From Candidatus Aceula lacicola (GTDB lineage: Bacteria; Omnitrophota; Gorgyraeia; Zapsychrales; Aceulaceae), in assembly GCA_030765785.1 (NCBI GenBank), contig JAVCCC010000028.1:2826-66825 (forward strand): 64,000 nucleotides of DNA, given 5' to 3'. Positions 1 to 10,110 of the stretch are shown one piece after another. The notes beneath the pieces were generated by a model. That model ran no database searches. It was not told where the DNA came from and saw only the letters and a program-made list of their open reading frames with translations. A program made the translations under genes and the position numbers. Position 1 is the first letter of the stretch. Each line of letters opens with the position of its first letter.

Positions 1-1275
1 AATCCATCCAATTTCCGAAAGGGCGCAAAGAGATGGTATTTTTAAAATCGTTTTCCAGATATGCGCAATACTCAAATGAATTGCCCCGATCAAAAAACAA
101 AGCATCTGCATATTCTGAGCATTATTAAGCCATGGCAAAAGCGGATTAAATATTCCTTTAATCCATGCTTGTCCAAATATGGTTCCGGTCAAAAGCCCCC
201 AAACAATCGCACACGTGCTTAACACATACATTAAAAACAATGGGGCTTTATCTTTCATTTTTTGATTGAGCTTTATATGTGCAAATAACGTGCCGAGAAA
301 GAAAATCACTCCATATCCGGCATCACCGATTAAAATCCCAAAAAAAATAGAAAGAAAAACTAAGAAAAACACGCTAATATCAAATTCTTTATATCCAGGC
401 AAAACATTCATCATAGAAAACACAGGCTTGATCATATCAACCCATTTTGGATTTTTCAAAAGCGTTGGGACCTTATCATCGTCAGACGGATCTTCAATGA
501 CTAAACCCCATTTTTCTTTACGGGAGACATTTTTTACTTCCACACAAGCGCTCGACGGACAAAAACCAACAAGATACGAAAGCTCTTCGGCCGCTCCCAT
601 GCCTGCGAGCGCTTCTTTAAGCCTTAAATCAGAAAACTTTTCTTCTAAAATATGTTTGAAGCTGTTAAAACACGAATGATAACGCTTAAGTTCGTTTTTG
701 ATGTTTTGAATTTTGTTGGCATCAGCGCTTTGCGCTTCTTTCATTTGAGATAAACTGATCTGCGGAAGATGAACCTCCTGAAAACCAAGAGCTTTTTTTT
801 CTTTGCACAAAACAAAGCAATGAGCGACCTGATCTTTAACAAAAATCTTATTACACACAACATCATCCGGTAAGTTTTTTAATTGCTTAACCGAAATCTT
901 AAAAAGTCCTGCGTGCAAATCTTTATGAGCAAAACTCTCAACGTCTTTGGGATTAAAATCGCCCCAAGGTTCCCATTGACTAATCAAAGAATGTTGTTTG
1001 GCCATATCATCTTTAAGCTGACGAATTTGATGAACACAATCCGTAATTCGCTCAATCATTTCAATTCGTCCTGAACCTTGCGTCGCATGCGAAGCTCCCT
1101 GGCCTTCTAGAAAATGAATCGCCTCTTGAAGTGCGCGCACCTCTTCTTTGACCTCGGCCACACCTGTGCCTTCCGGAGGATTTTCGTGGATGACATGAAC
1201 AACGCCAATATCACGCAAACGCATCAACGTATTCTCAGCATCTTTTTTCTGCACGACAAGCGATACTTTTTTCAT
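1..1275 (-). CDS. atpI: V-type ATP synthase subunit I (membrane a-subunit), partial - C-terminal part lies beyond the window start
   Basis: Manual minus-strand translation from ATG (revcomp of cat at 1273-1275) gives MKKVSLVVQKKDAENTLMRLRDIGVVHVIHENPP..., typical of the subunit I N-terminal cytoplasmic domain. Reading frame stays open to position 1. Position after atpD matches V-ATPase operon order. Not in the ORF track because it is truncated by the window edge. Confidence 0.65.
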   Translation of the reverse strand, partial: MKKVSLVVQKKDAENTLMRLRDIGVVHVIHENPPEGTGVAEVKEEVRALQEAIHFLEGQGASHATQGSGRIEMIERITDCVHQIRQLKDDMAKQHSLISQWEPWGDFNPKDVESFAHKDLHAGLFKISVKQLKNLPDDVVCNKIFVKDQVAHCFVLCKEKKALGFQEVHLPQISLSQMKEAQSADANKIQNIKNELKRYHSCFNSFKHILEEKFSDLRLKEALAGMGAAEELSYLVGFCPSSACVEVKNVSRKEKWGLVIEDPSDDDKVPTLLKNPKWVDMIKPVFSMMNVLPGYKEFDISVFFLVFLSIFFGILIGDAGYGVIFFLGTLFAHIKLNQKMKDKAPLFLMYVLSTCAIVWGLLTGTIFGQAWIKGIFNPLLPWLNNAQNMQMLCFLIGAIHLSIAHIWKTILKIPSLCALSEIGWI

Positions 1276-1283
1276 TGGAATAA

Positions 1284-1901
1284 TCATCGCGACATCTCCG
1301 CAAGCACAGCTTGCTCTATTTTCTTTTTGGCAACTTTACTTACCCCCACAGCGCTGGCCTGCTGATCGCCTAAATAAATTCTAATTTTTCTAATATTTTC
1401 AATACACTCTGGGATTTTAACTTTTTCAAACAAATTCACCCGTTGAGTAGTTGTCATCAATTCTTTTTGTAAAATCGCGATTTGTTTTTTGATGATTTCT
1501 GTCTCAACTAAAGAAGAAGAAAACTTTTGAATGGTTTCAATGCCAACGTCTACCCAAAACGGCATGAGATAAAGATCATAATCTTTTTTTTCAAACTCTG
1601 CTTTTTCAAAAATAGGAATATCTACGCCTGCGATATTATGCGTTGAGATTGAAACATTTGCAGGAGCAGTCCATTTTTCAATATCAACACCCGGATCAGC
1701 CAAAAGACCTACCCATTGATCAAGACTTGCTTTAGCTGAATCAAGATCAGTTTGTTTTTCTTTAAGAGCTTTTCGAATCTCAAAAATCTTGATTTGCAAC
1801 TGCTGCTTTTTTAACTGCAGCGTCGGCAAATAATGCGAAAACTGCGCAAGATTATCACGCTGTTTTTTGAGTTCACTTTTAGTTAATTTGATCTTCGCCA
1901 T
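1284..1901 (-). CDS. atpD: V-type ATP synthase subunit D
   Basis: 205 aa. MAKIKLTKSELKKQRDNLAQFSHYLPTLQLKKQQLQ... is the conserved subunit D N-terminus. Sits between subunit B and subunit I. Confidence 0.85.
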   Translation of the reverse strand: MAKIKLTKSELKKQRDNLAQFSHYLPTLQLKKQQLQIKIFEIRKALKEKQTDLDSAKASLDQWVGLLADPGVDIEKWTAPANVSISTHNIAGVDIPIFEKAEFEKKDYDLYLMPFWVDVGIETIQKFSSSLVETEIIKKQIAILQKELMTTTQRVNLFEKVKIPECIENIRKIRIYLGDQQASAVGVSKVAKKKIEQAVLAEMSR

Positions 1902-1906
1902 ATCGC

Positions 1907-3202
1907 TTATTTTTTAGGCCAATATTTCTCAATCAAAGTATCTTTGATTCCTGTTTCTGATGGTTCGAAGGTGCTTGATAAAATTTCCCAACCTAAATCT
2001 AAAGCTTTTTCTAAAGGAATATTTACGGATAAATCCATCAGCTCTTTTTCAAAACGGTCACCATATTTCAAAAGCTTTTGATCCCAGCCGCTCATTTGAA
2101 AGCCCATGGATTTCTTTTCTATAGTTTCTTTGTAATCCGCATAAAACTGAATCATGCGATCCATAATGGTTCTATGATCATCTCGGGTATCACCATTGAC
2201 TTGTTGTTTTAATCGGCTCAAAGAACCAAACGGCTCAATACGTCCACCTTTTAGATAAAATTGTCCTTCAGTAATATATCCGGTGTTATCCGGGACAGGA
2301 TGTGTAACGTCATCGCCAGGCATTGTGGTAACAGCCAAGACTGTAATTGAACCCGCATTATCAAAGTCAACAGCCTTTTCATAACGTTTGGCCAATTGGC
2401 TATAAAGATCGCCCGGGTATCCTCTATTCGACGGGATTTGCTCCATGGTAATTGCGATTTCTTTTAGCGCATCAGAAAAGTTTGTCATATCTGTTAAAAG
2501 AACAAGCACACGTTTTCCTTTTAAAGCAAACTGTTCGGCAACAGCTAAACACATATCCGGAACCAAAAGACATTCAACCGTCGGATCAGATGCAGTATGC
2601 ACAAACAAAATTGATTTAGACAAAGCGCCGTGCTTTTCAAGCGTATCTCTAAAAAATAAATAATCATCATATTTTAAACCCATTCCGCCTAAGATAATCA
2701 TGTCAACTTCAGCCTGCATAGCAATGCGTGCCAACAAAGGATTGTATGGTTCACCAGCGACAGAGAAAATCGGAAGTTTTTGCGACTCAACCAAAGAATT
2801 AAAAACATCAATCATCGGAATACCGGTTCGAATCATATTCTTTGGAATAATTCGTTTAGCTGGATTAACAGACGGTCCGCCAATATCAATCATATTTTCT
2901 TCTAAGGCAGGACCATTGTCACGAGGCTCTCCGCTTCCAGTAAAAATCCGTCCTAAAAGATTTTCGGAAAACGATACCTGCATCGGATGCTTTAAAAACC
3001 GCACCTTGTCGTTTGTGAAAATGCCACGGCTTCCGGCTAAAACCTGCAAAGAAACTCTATCTCCATCGAGACGAATAACCTGAGCCAAAGAAATACCGCC
3101 TTGGGTTTGAACTTCCGCAAGTTCATTGTATCCTACATTTTTTGCTTCGACCGTAATAACATCTCCGGCAATCTGAATGATTTCATTGTAAACTTTATGC
3201 AT
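1907..3202 (-). CDS. atpB: V-type ATP synthase subunit B (regulatory)
   Basis: 431 aa, typical V1 B-subunit length and sequence. Overlaps atpA by 8 nt. Confidence 0.9.
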   Translation of the reverse strand: MHKVYNEIIQIAGDVITVEAKNVGYNELAEVQTQGGISLAQVIRLDGDRVSLQVLAGSRGIFTNDKVRFLKHPMQVSFSENLLGRIFTGSGEPRDNGPALEENMIDIGGPSVNPAKRIIPKNMIRTGIPMIDVFNSLVESQKLPIFSVAGEPYNPLLARIAMQAEVDMIILGGMGLKYDDYLFFRDTLEKHGALSKSILFVHTASDPTVECLLVPDMCLAVAEQFALKGKRVLVLLTDMTNFSDALKEIAITMEQIPSNRGYPGDLYSQLAKRYEKAVDFDNAGSITVLAVTTMPGDDVTHPVPDNTGYITEGQFYLKGGRIEPFGSLSRLKQQVNGDTRDDHRTIMDRMIQFYADYKETIEKKSMGFQMSGWDQKLLKYGDRFEKELMDLSVNIPLEKALDLGWEILSSTFEPSETGIKDTLIEKYWPKK

Positions 3203-4940
3203 TTTCTGCCACCCTTGTCACTTGTATTTGATCTAAAACATCTTTTTCAATTTTCTTAAATTCTTCAGAATTAAATTCTTTAGTGTTCCAGTTAATAAAC
3301 TTTTGACGCAGGCTTAAGAAAAATTTGCGCGCTTCCTCTTTGCTTTGAAATTCAAACTTTTTATCAATAATCTGAACAATGATATCAAAAATATACGTTT
3401 GTCGATCAGCAGCTGTAGCCTCATCGACTTCATCAAACGCATTTTGTTGTAAATATACAGAATCAAAGAAATCTCCTTTAAGATAATCGACAAAGTCTTC
3501 CAGCGTGGTTCCTTCCTCACCGATGACTTTCATCATCTGATCAACCTGATCACTTCTTTTTAAAATACGAACACCTTTTTGAACCTTCTCGATATCGATA
3601 AAACTTTCATATTTGCTCCAGCTTTGCAAAGGATCAATAGCAGGATATTTTCGCGCATTGGCACGGTCTCTGGAAAGTCCATGAAACGCGCCGACAACTT
3701 TTAGAGTGGATTGAGTAACCGGTTCTTCAAAGTTTCCGCCAGCAGGGCTAACCGCACCACCGATGGTAACTGAACCTGTTTTTCCGTCTCGAAGCTGAAC
3801 AATACCTGCCCTTTCGTAAAACGATGCAATGCGTGTTTCTAAATAAGCTGGAAAAGCTTCTTCGCCAGGAATCTCTTCCAATCGACCAGACATCTCTCGC
3901 ATAGCCTGTGCCCATCGAGATGTGGAATCTGCTAAAAGAAAAACATTAAGACCCATTTGTCGATAATATTCTGCAATCGTCACAGCCGTATAAACACTAG
4001 ACTCACGTGCCGCAACAGGCATAGAACTTGTATTGCAAATAATAATAGTTCTATCCATCAATGTTTTTTTAGTTCGAGGGTCCATCAGCTCTGGAAATGT
4101 TTTTAAAACTTCAACAACCTCACCTGCCCGCTCTCCACAAGCCGCGATAACAACAACGTCTACCTCAGCATGACGGCTCAACAAATGCTGCAAAACTGTT
4201 TTTCCAGCACCAAACGGTCCTGGAGTACAAAATGTTCCTCCAACCGCAACCGGCACAAGCGTATCAATAATGCGAATTTTGGAAACAAGCGGTTTGGTTG
4301 GTTTTAATTTCTTGGTATAAGCGTTAATAGGCATTTTAACAGGCCAAACTGTTTTCATTCCAACATCATATGTTTTTCCGTTTACATCTTTGACTTTGGC
4401 CACAATGTCTTGTATTTTATATTTTCCTTTATCCTTGATTTCAACAACTTCTAATTCACCAGAAAGATGAAACGGAACCATAATGCTATGCTCAAATATC
4501 TTTTCGGGGACAAATCCGACTTTTGATCCGGAGCGAACCTTGTCTCCTGTTTTAACCGTAGGCGTAAAATCCCATTCTTGATTATCTTCAAGTGCGCTTA
4601 GATAAACACCTCGCTTTAAAAAAAACCCATAATTTTCAGCTAAACGCGGCAAAGGATTTTGAAGTCCGTCAAAGACTTGACCTAAAAGGCCTGGACCCAG
4701 CTCAACGCTTAAAAGCTCACCGGAAAATTCAGCGCAATCGCCAACTTTAATTGCGTTAGTATCTTCAAAGACCTGAAGCTCGGCGCGTTTTCCCCGAACA
4801 CGAATAACTTCGGATTTTAACCGCTCATCGCCTTGAATAATGTACGCAACTTCGTTTTGCATAACGCGTGTAGTAAATTCAACGGACACCATGTTGCCAT
4901 TGACTCCAATGACTTGTCCTTTTCTTAAATTATCTGACAT
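3195..4940 (-). CDS. atpA: V-type ATP synthase subunit A (catalytic)
   Basis: 581 aa. P-loop GPFGAGKTV and typical A-subunit architecture. Confidence 0.9.
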   Translation of the reverse strand: MSDNLRKGQVIGVNGNMVSVEFTTRVMQNEVAYIIQGDERLKSEVIRVRGKRAELQVFEDTNAIKVGDCAEFSGELLSVELGPGLLGQVFDGLQNPLPRLAENYGFFLKRGVYLSALEDNQEWDFTPTVKTGDKVRSGSKVGFVPEKIFEHSIMVPFHLSGELEVVEIKDKGKYKIQDIVAKVKDVNGKTYDVGMKTVWPVKMPINAYTKKLKPTKPLVSKIRIIDTLVPVAVGGTFCTPGPFGAGKTVLQHLLSRHAEVDVVVIAACGERAGEVVEVLKTFPELMDPRTKKTLMDRTIIICNTSSMPVAARESSVYTAVTIAEYYRQMGLNVFLLADSTSRWAQAMREMSGRLEEIPGEEAFPAYLETRIASFYERAGIVQLRDGKTGSVTIGGAVSPAGGNFEEPVTQSTLKVVGAFHGLSRDRANARKYPAIDPLQSWSKYESFIDIEKVQKGVRILKRSDQVDQMMKVIGEEGTTLEDFVDYLKGDFFDSVYLQQNAFDEVDEATAADRQTYIFDIIVQIIDKKFEFQSKEEARKFFLSLRQKFINWNTKEFNSEEFKKIEKDVLDQIQVTRVAENA

Positions 4941-4957
4941 ATGTTCTCCTAAAAATT

Positions 4958-5506
4958 TTATTGTAAAATCGTTTCTAATACTTTTGTTTGTTTGTATTTT
5001 TCAAATTTTTCTCTACCCTTTGAAGAATTAATTTCTCTATAACGTTCTAAAATTTGTAGCTGCAATCCATAAACAACAAGCGCTTCAATATGAAAAATAT
5101 CTCGCCTGATAAATTCATTTAATTTTTGCCACCTAAAACGATCTAATATCTTTTCTGCCTCTAGCGGATTTTCGGCCTTAATAGCACGATGAACCACACT
5201 AATCGAAGCCGAATCAACATATCGGTCTCCTCGGATATAATCTGAAGAATCCTTGCCTTGATTCTTAGCGCGAATACGAATCATTTCATTTCTAAATCTT
5301 CTATTAACTTTTGCCCAACGATCTAAAACAGGGCTCTCTGTACAAGAATCATCATAATTCAATGTAGATTTCTTTAAAATAGAAAAATCTTTTTCGCTCA
5401 ATTGCTCTTGACATAAATTCAAAAAATCTTGATAAGAAAAATTAACTTCTTTATCAAAATCTAACATCGGCAAACTAGAAACAAGATAATAATATGGGCT
5501 GCTCAT
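4958..5506 (-). CDS. DUF2764-like protein of V-ATPase operons (hypothetical)
   Basis: 182 aa. Sits between atpE and atpA exactly like the conserved hypothetical gene in Chlamydia-type V-ATPase operons. No recognised catalytic motif. Confidence 0.45.
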   Translation of the reverse strand: MSSPYYYLVSSLPMLDFDKEVNFSYQDFLNLCQEQLSEKDFSILKKSTLNYDDSCTESPVLDRWAKVNRRFRNEMIRIRAKNQGKDSSDYIRGDRYVDSASISVVHRAIKAENPLEAEKILDRFRWQKLNEFIRRDIFHIEALVVYGLQLQILERYREINSSKGREKFEKYKQTKVLETILQ

Positions 5507-5511
5507 AAAGT

Positions 5512-6123
5512 TTAGTTAGCTGCGTCTTTTAGTAATTCAGCGACTTGTGGGTTTAAATACATGCTTAGATATTCTGCTAAGCTTACGTCAGTAAACTCAA
5601 ACGAAGATTTGCCGGAATCAAAACTAACTGTAAATCCTGCTCCAATATCTTCCGAAGGACGAATCTCAATATTTTTTTTAACATCCTCTTTTAACTTTGC
5701 CATAACGCTACCAGACACAGCATCCAAATCTTTTTGGTTAAGTTCAACTTCAACCTTAGAACCAGCAGATTGATCCATAAAATTCTGGATAACAGTTTTT
5801 AGGACATCTGCCATCTGTTCGATAGTTAGAGCTTGAGTGGTTTCTTTTAAGATAATTTTGTTTAGGGTTTCTTGGATTTTCTTTCGAAGGTCTAAAAGCA
5901 TGTCGCGAGAGGCTTGCGTGACGGCTGCCTTTGCGCTTTCCTGAAGCTTGCCGGCATCTGCTTTTGCTTTTTCAACGATAACTGCTGCTTTTTGTTCAGC
6001 ATCTTTTATGATTGCGTCAGCTTTTGTTTGCGCCTTTGACTCAATCTCTTGAGCTTTTTGCTGCGCAGTTTCAAAGCCTTCTTCTTTGATTTTATTAATC
6101 AGATCTTGCACTTGTCTTCCCAT
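5512..6123 (-). CDS. atpE: V-type ATP synthase subunit E (peripheral stalk)
   Basis: 203 aa. Charged, Lys/Glu/Ala-rich coiled-coil N-terminus (AQEIESKAQTKADAIIKDAEQKA) and globular C-terminus. First gene of the V-ATPase block. Confidence 0.7.
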   Translation of the reverse strand: MGRQVQDLINKIKEEGFETAQQKAQEIESKAQTKADAIIKDAEQKAAVIVEKAKADAGKLQESAKAAVTQASRDMLLDLRKKIQETLNKIILKETTQALTIEQMADVLKTVIQNFMDQSAGSKVEVELNQKDLDAVSGSVMAKLKEDVKKNIEIRPSEDIGAGFTVSFDSGKSSFEFTDVSLAEYLSMYLNPQVAELLKDAAN

Positions 6124-6161
6124 GATTTTCTCTCCTAGGTATAAAACTAAACTTTAAATTT

Positions 6162-6896
6162 TTAAGCGTTTTGAATCTCTTTGAGTATCTCTTGTGCGGA
6201 GGCTAATGGATCTTCAGCCTTAACAATAGGGCGCCCAACAACCAAATAATTGCTTCCACTTTCGACAGCCAAAGAAGGTGTGGCCACCCTTTTTTGGTCT
6301 CCGACATCAGCATCTTTAGGTCGAATGCCAGGGGTGACAATCACAAAATCTTCTCCAAGCTCTTTGCGAATCAATGGCGCCTCATGAACAGAGGCCACAA
6401 CGCCATCAAGACCGGCCTCTTTAGCTAAAAGAGCTCTCTGCACAACAAGATTTTGTATGTTATCCCTATTCACTTCGCTTGTCAAGACTGTTATCCCTAG
6501 CCCTAAAGGTTTCCGGATATTTAATTTTTGAGCGATTTTTTGAGCGGTTTGAGCAGCTTTTTCAAGCATTTCTTTCCCGCCTGTGGTATGCAATGTATAC
6601 ATTAAAATACTTTTATTAGTATTATTAAGATCTGGATTTCCAGATGGCTGCAAATACGTAGCAGATTCTACAGCATTCGCTACTGTATTAGGAATATCAT
6701 GATATTTTAAATCTAAAAAAACTTCTCTTTCCTTGGCCTGAATATATCGAATCGCAACTGGGCCACACGATGTAAAGAGTTGGCTGCCTACCTTAAAAAT
6801 ATCAACAGATGGAGACAATATTTCTATAAGATTTCTAGCTTCTTCGAAAGTTCTCACATCTAACGCAACAATAAGCTTTGGTTTTTCTTGACTCAT
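6162..6896 (-). CDS. pyrF: Orotidine 5'-phosphate decarboxylase
   Basis: KLIVALDV...FKVG...LDLKYHDIPNTV motifs. Confidence 0.85.
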   Translation of the reverse strand: MSQEKPKLIVALDVRTFEEARNLIEILSPSVDIFKVGSQLFTSCGPVAIRYIQAKEREVFLDLKYHDIPNTVANAVESATYLQPSGNPDLNNTNKSILMYTLHTTGGKEMLEKAAQTAQKIAQKLNIRKPLGLGITVLTSEVNRDNIQNLVVQRALLAKEAGLDGVVASVHEAPLIRKELGEDFVIVTPGIRPKDADVGDQKRVATPSLAVESGSNYLVVGRPIVKAEDPLASAQEILKEIQNA

Positions 6897-7805
6897 CTAT
6901 TCTTCAATGCTCCCTATTAATTGTTTTATAGATTTCATTTTATTTTTCTTCATATAAGCGCTAATTCCCGTTAAAACATCCAAAGGTGCATTCGGATCAA
7001 CAAAACTAGCCGTGCCAACCGCAACCATGCTCGCTCCTGCAATAATAAATTCTAAAGCATCATCAGCTGTCATAATGCCTCCCATGGCAATGATCGGAAT
7101 CTTAACCTTTTGCGCAACATCATAAACCATTTTTAACGCAACTGGCTTAATTGCAGGACCGCTTAAACCACCGGACTTATTTCCTAAAATAAATTTTCGC
7201 GTTTTAATATCAATCGCTGTTGCCATCAATGTATTGATAAGGCTGATAGCATCTGCCCCACCTTTTTCAGCGGCTCGTGCAATCTCAGAAATATCTGTAA
7301 CATTTGGAGACAACTTTGCAATGATTGGCTTTTGAACAACTTTCTTAACTGCTCGCACAACTTCCTTCGTTACTTTTTGATCTTGCGCAATTAATTTCTT
7401 ATTTCTAAGATTTGGACAAGACAGATTAAGCTCAATGGCTTTGATAGCTTTAACTTTATCTAATTTCTTCGCCAGCGCAACAAATTCTTTGTTAGAGCCA
7501 GCCGAAATACTTGCGACAATTGGCACGCCTAAGCTGGAAAATTTCGGCATCTTCTCATTGATAAAATAATCCACGCCTAAATTTTCAATGCCAATAGCAT
7601 TAATCATACCCGATGGAGTCTCAAGGATTCTTGGAGAAAGATTCCCTTTTCTTGCGCTTAGCGTAACTGTCTTTGGAACGATTGCGCCGAGCTTCTTAAC
7701 ATCACTTGCTTTATAATACTGCTCGATATAGTCAAATGTTCCTGACGCAACAGTAACAGGGTTTTTAAAAGTGACCTTACCAATTTTGATAGAAAGATTT
7801 ATCAT
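6897..7805 (-). CDS. pyrD: Dihydroorotate dehydrogenase catalytic subunit (class 1B)
   Basis: 302 aa TIM-barrel DHODH (GKVTFKNPVTVASGTF, NLSCPN, GGI motifs). Paired with pyrK nearby. Confidence 0.85.
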   Translation of the reverse strand: MINLSIKIGKVTFKNPVTVASGTFDYIEQYYKASDVKKLGAIVPKTVTLSARKGNLSPRILETPSGMINAIGIENLGVDYFINEKMPKFSSLGVPIVASISAGSNKEFVALAKKLDKVKAIKAIELNLSCPNLRNKKLIAQDQKVTKEVVRAVKKVVQKPIIAKLSPNVTDISEIARAAEKGGADAISLINTLMATAIDIKTRKFILGNKSGGLSGPAIKPVALKMVYDVAQKVKIPIIAMGGIMTADDALEFIIAGASMVAVGTASFVDPNAPLDVLTGISAYMKKNKMKSIKQLIGSIEE

Positions 7806-7807
7806 TT

Positions 7808-8167
7808 TTATTTTAAAAAAATCATTTTTAATCCAAGAATAATTAAAAAAATTCCAAATGCTTTTTTAAGTTGCGGACCAGGCACAGCCTGAATCCAATC
7901 TGCGCCAAAGTATGCGCCGAAAACAAATCCCAAAGCAATAAAGCCTGCCATCACCCAATTAACATGTCCTGCTTGATAATATTTTAACACAGCTAAAATG
8001 CCAATGGGAGGCAACAAAATAGCCAGACATGTTCCTTGCGCTTGATGCTGCGTAAGCCCAAAAAGATAGACGAGCGCTGGAATCATAATGGCTCCACCGC
8101 CAATCCCAAAGATTCCGCTAAAGATTCCGCCAACCAACCCGACTAAAAGATATAAAAGTTGTGGCAT
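7808..8167 (-). CDS. Half-size TauE/SafE (TSUP) family membrane protein
   Basis: 119 aa with three predicted TM helices and glycine-rich GIGGGAIMIPALV motif typical of TSUP repeat units. Confidence 0.45.
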   Translation of the reverse strand: MPQLLYLLVGLVGGIFSGIFGIGGGAIMIPALVYLFGLTQHQAQGTCLAILLPPIGILAVLKYYQAGHVNWVMAGFIALGFVFGAYFGADWIQAVPGPQLKKAFGIFLIILGLKMIFLK

Positions 8168-8177
8168 ATAAAGCCTC

Positions 8178-8948
8178 CTAAAAAATAACTTCGTCTAACT
8201 TGAAAACCGGTCCATCTTTACAAACGGTTTTATATCCATTCTTTGTTTTTGTAGAACATCCCAAACAAGTCCCAATTCCACACGCCATGACTTCTTCTAA
8301 AGATGCTTGACCGCAAATACCTTCTTTTTGTGCAAACGATTGAACAGATTTCATCATTGGTTTTGGCCCGCATGTATAAATAAAAATCTCACCTGGATTG
8401 CCATTTATTTTAGAAAACAACTTTGAAACTCTTCCCTTTACGCCAACACTTCCATCATCTGTCGAAGTATAAACGCGGCAGCCGTTAGTCTTAAATTCTT
8501 TTAGATTAAACATATAATCTTTATTGCGCCCGCCGTATAAAAGAACCAATTCATATTTCTTTTCCTTAAAAACATCGGATAACCCCAAAAAAGGAGCAAT
8601 GCCAACACCACCTGCGACCATCACTACTTTTTTTACTTTTTTTGGCGGCATACAAAACGATGTTCCTAAGGGCCCAATACAATCAATCATCGTGCCCTTG
8701 GTTTTTTCAGACAACATCTTTGTTCCGCCACCAACTACATCATATAAAATCTCAATAGATTTCTTAGATCGAAACACGCTAAATGGTCGACGGAAGAACG
8801 GCTTTAATCCGCTGCTTACACGAAGATGTATAAACTGTCCCGGCTTAATCTTAGCCTTAAAAGATTTACCCGATAAAACTAAATGACAAAGTCTTGCCGT
8901 TAGTTTTTTATTGGATACAACTTTAAAATAATGTTGGTTCTTTAACAT
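8178..8948 (-). CDS. pyrK: Dihydroorotate dehydrogenase electron-transfer subunit (FAD/2Fe-2S)
   Basis: Ferredoxin-reductase-like fold with C-terminal CGxGxCxxC cluster (MACGIGTCLGCS). Confidence 0.8.
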   Translation of the reverse strand: MLKNQHYFKVVSNKKLTARLCHLVLSGKSFKAKIKPGQFIHLRVSSGLKPFFRRPFSVFRSKKSIEILYDVVGGGTKMLSEKTKGTMIDCIGPLGTSFCMPPKKVKKVVMVAGGVGIAPFLGLSDVFKEKKYELVLLYGGRNKDYMFNLKEFKTNGCRVYTSTDDGSVGVKGRVSKLFSKINGNPGEIFIYTCGPKPMMKSVQSFAQKEGICGQASLEEVMACGIGTCLGCSTKTKNGYKTVCKDGPVFKLDEVIF

Positions 8949-8949
8949 A

Positions 8950-9624
8950 TTATTTTTGTTTATACAAAATACTTAAGCTCACAGCAAACGCAACTCCAGC
9001 AAAGGCAGCAATCATAACTGTTTGACCCATATTAGTCTGGCGAAGAACAACTTGTTGTTGAAACGTCTCGAGCACAATGCCTAAAATTGGCCACAAAAAA
9101 AGACCTCGCTTTTCTTTTGTGCTCCACGCGATATCCCAAGGAAATGTTTGTGAAAATTTCAGACTTTTCATTTTCTTAATTTTAGGAAAAAGACGTGGTG
9201 TCTTTTTACAGTAATCCTTGTATTCTTCACCAAAAAGCTCTTCAAGATGCTTTTCTTCTTTAATCATTTGTTTGTTAAATCTTTGATAAAATGCTAAAGC
9301 AAATAAAGGCAGCGCCCACCAAGGCCAGACAATCAGCAAAAATCCTGCCCCCATTAAAAAACTGCCCAAATACATTGGGTTTCGCACCAATGCATAAAGA
9401 CCATCTGATACAAGACCATGCCCTTTCTTAGAAAACTCTTTTTTGTATCCCCGAGCCGCCATGCGCAAATAAATGCCTGAAAGCATAGCTAAGAATCCAA
9501 AATAATCAAAAACATTGTCCGAAAAAATGCTTTTAGAATACAGTCCAGGAAACAAATAAAGTACTCCCGTGAAAATAATAATGGATGACAAAATAAGACT
9601 GTCAACTTGTACTCGTTTTTTCAT
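8950..9624 (-). CDS. Isoprenylcysteine carboxyl methyltransferase (ICMT/PEMT) family membrane methyltransferase
   Basis: Polytopic. C-terminal signature RNPMYLG...EE..L...FGEEY..Y...PRLFP typical of the ICMT family. Confidence 0.6.
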   Translation of the reverse strand: MKKRVQVDSLILSSIIIFTGVLYLFPGLYSKSIFSDNVFDYFGFLAMLSGIYLRMAARGYKKEFSKKGHGLVSDGLYALVRNPMYLGSFLMGAGFLLIVWPWWALPLFALAFYQRFNKQMIKEEKHLEELFGEEYKDYCKKTPRLFPKIKKMKSLKFSQTFPWDIAWSTKEKRGLFLWPILGIVLETFQQQVVLRQTNMGQTVMIAAFAGVAFAVSLSILYKQK

Positions 9625-9629
9625 GAAAA

Positions 9630-10109
9630 CTAACTCCTTGCTTGTTTAATTTTCTCTATACATTCTTTAATTTTATTTTTCGCATCTTCAAGATTTTCAA
9701 CTTTTATCATACCATCAATTCCCCAGCTGCCAAGATCAATAATAGGTCTTTTGTAAACAAGACCATAGCAAATCTCACAATTTGTTCCATAGCTTCCCGG
9801 AAGAGCTACGATAATATCTGCAGAACAAGCAACCATGCAATTACGAGCAAACCCAATTGATGTTGGAAGCGCGATATCAATGTATGGATTGGCATCTTTC
9901 TTATCTTTTCCTGGCAAAAGGCCAATTGTTGTTCCGCCAGCCTCTTTTGCCCCTTTCGAAGACGCCTCCATTGCTCCACCAAGGCCTCCGCAGACAAGTA
10001 TAGCCTCCATCTCTGCTATAAATTTACCTATATTATGGGCTACTCGCTCCACTTCAGGTGTTAAGTCATGACTTCCGACAACGGATATAGTAATTTTCTG
10101 ATTTTTCAT
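9630..10109 (-). CDS. LOG/TIGR00725-family Rossmann-fold protein (putative nucleotide N-glycosidase)
   Basis: GGLGGAMEA and PGSYGTNCE motifs match the LOG family GGGxGxM / PGGxGTxxE pattern. Start trimmed to the MKNQK Met (10107-10109), 1 nt after the pyrC stop. The longer track ORF would overlap pyrC by ~120 nt. Confidence 0.5.
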   Translation of the reverse strand: MKNQKITISVVGSHDLTPEVERVAHNIGKFIAEMEAILVCGGLGGAMEASSKGAKEAGGTTIGLLPGKDKKDANPYIDIALPTSIGFARNCMVACSADIIVALPGSYGTNCEICYGLVYKRPIIDLGSWGIDGMIKVENLEDAKNKIKECIEKIKQARS

Positions 10110-10110
10110 C

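Noticed and set aside
266-1365. Plus-strand ORFs 266..679, 883..1074 and 1114..1365
   Set aside because: They lie antisense to the clearly recognisable V-ATPase subunit I and D coding frames. They are low-complexity and have no motifs. Shadow ORFs.
2445-3083. Plus-strand ORFs inside atpB (2445..2663, 2700..3083)
   Set aside because: Antisense to a highly conserved subunit B gene. No RBS and no motifs.
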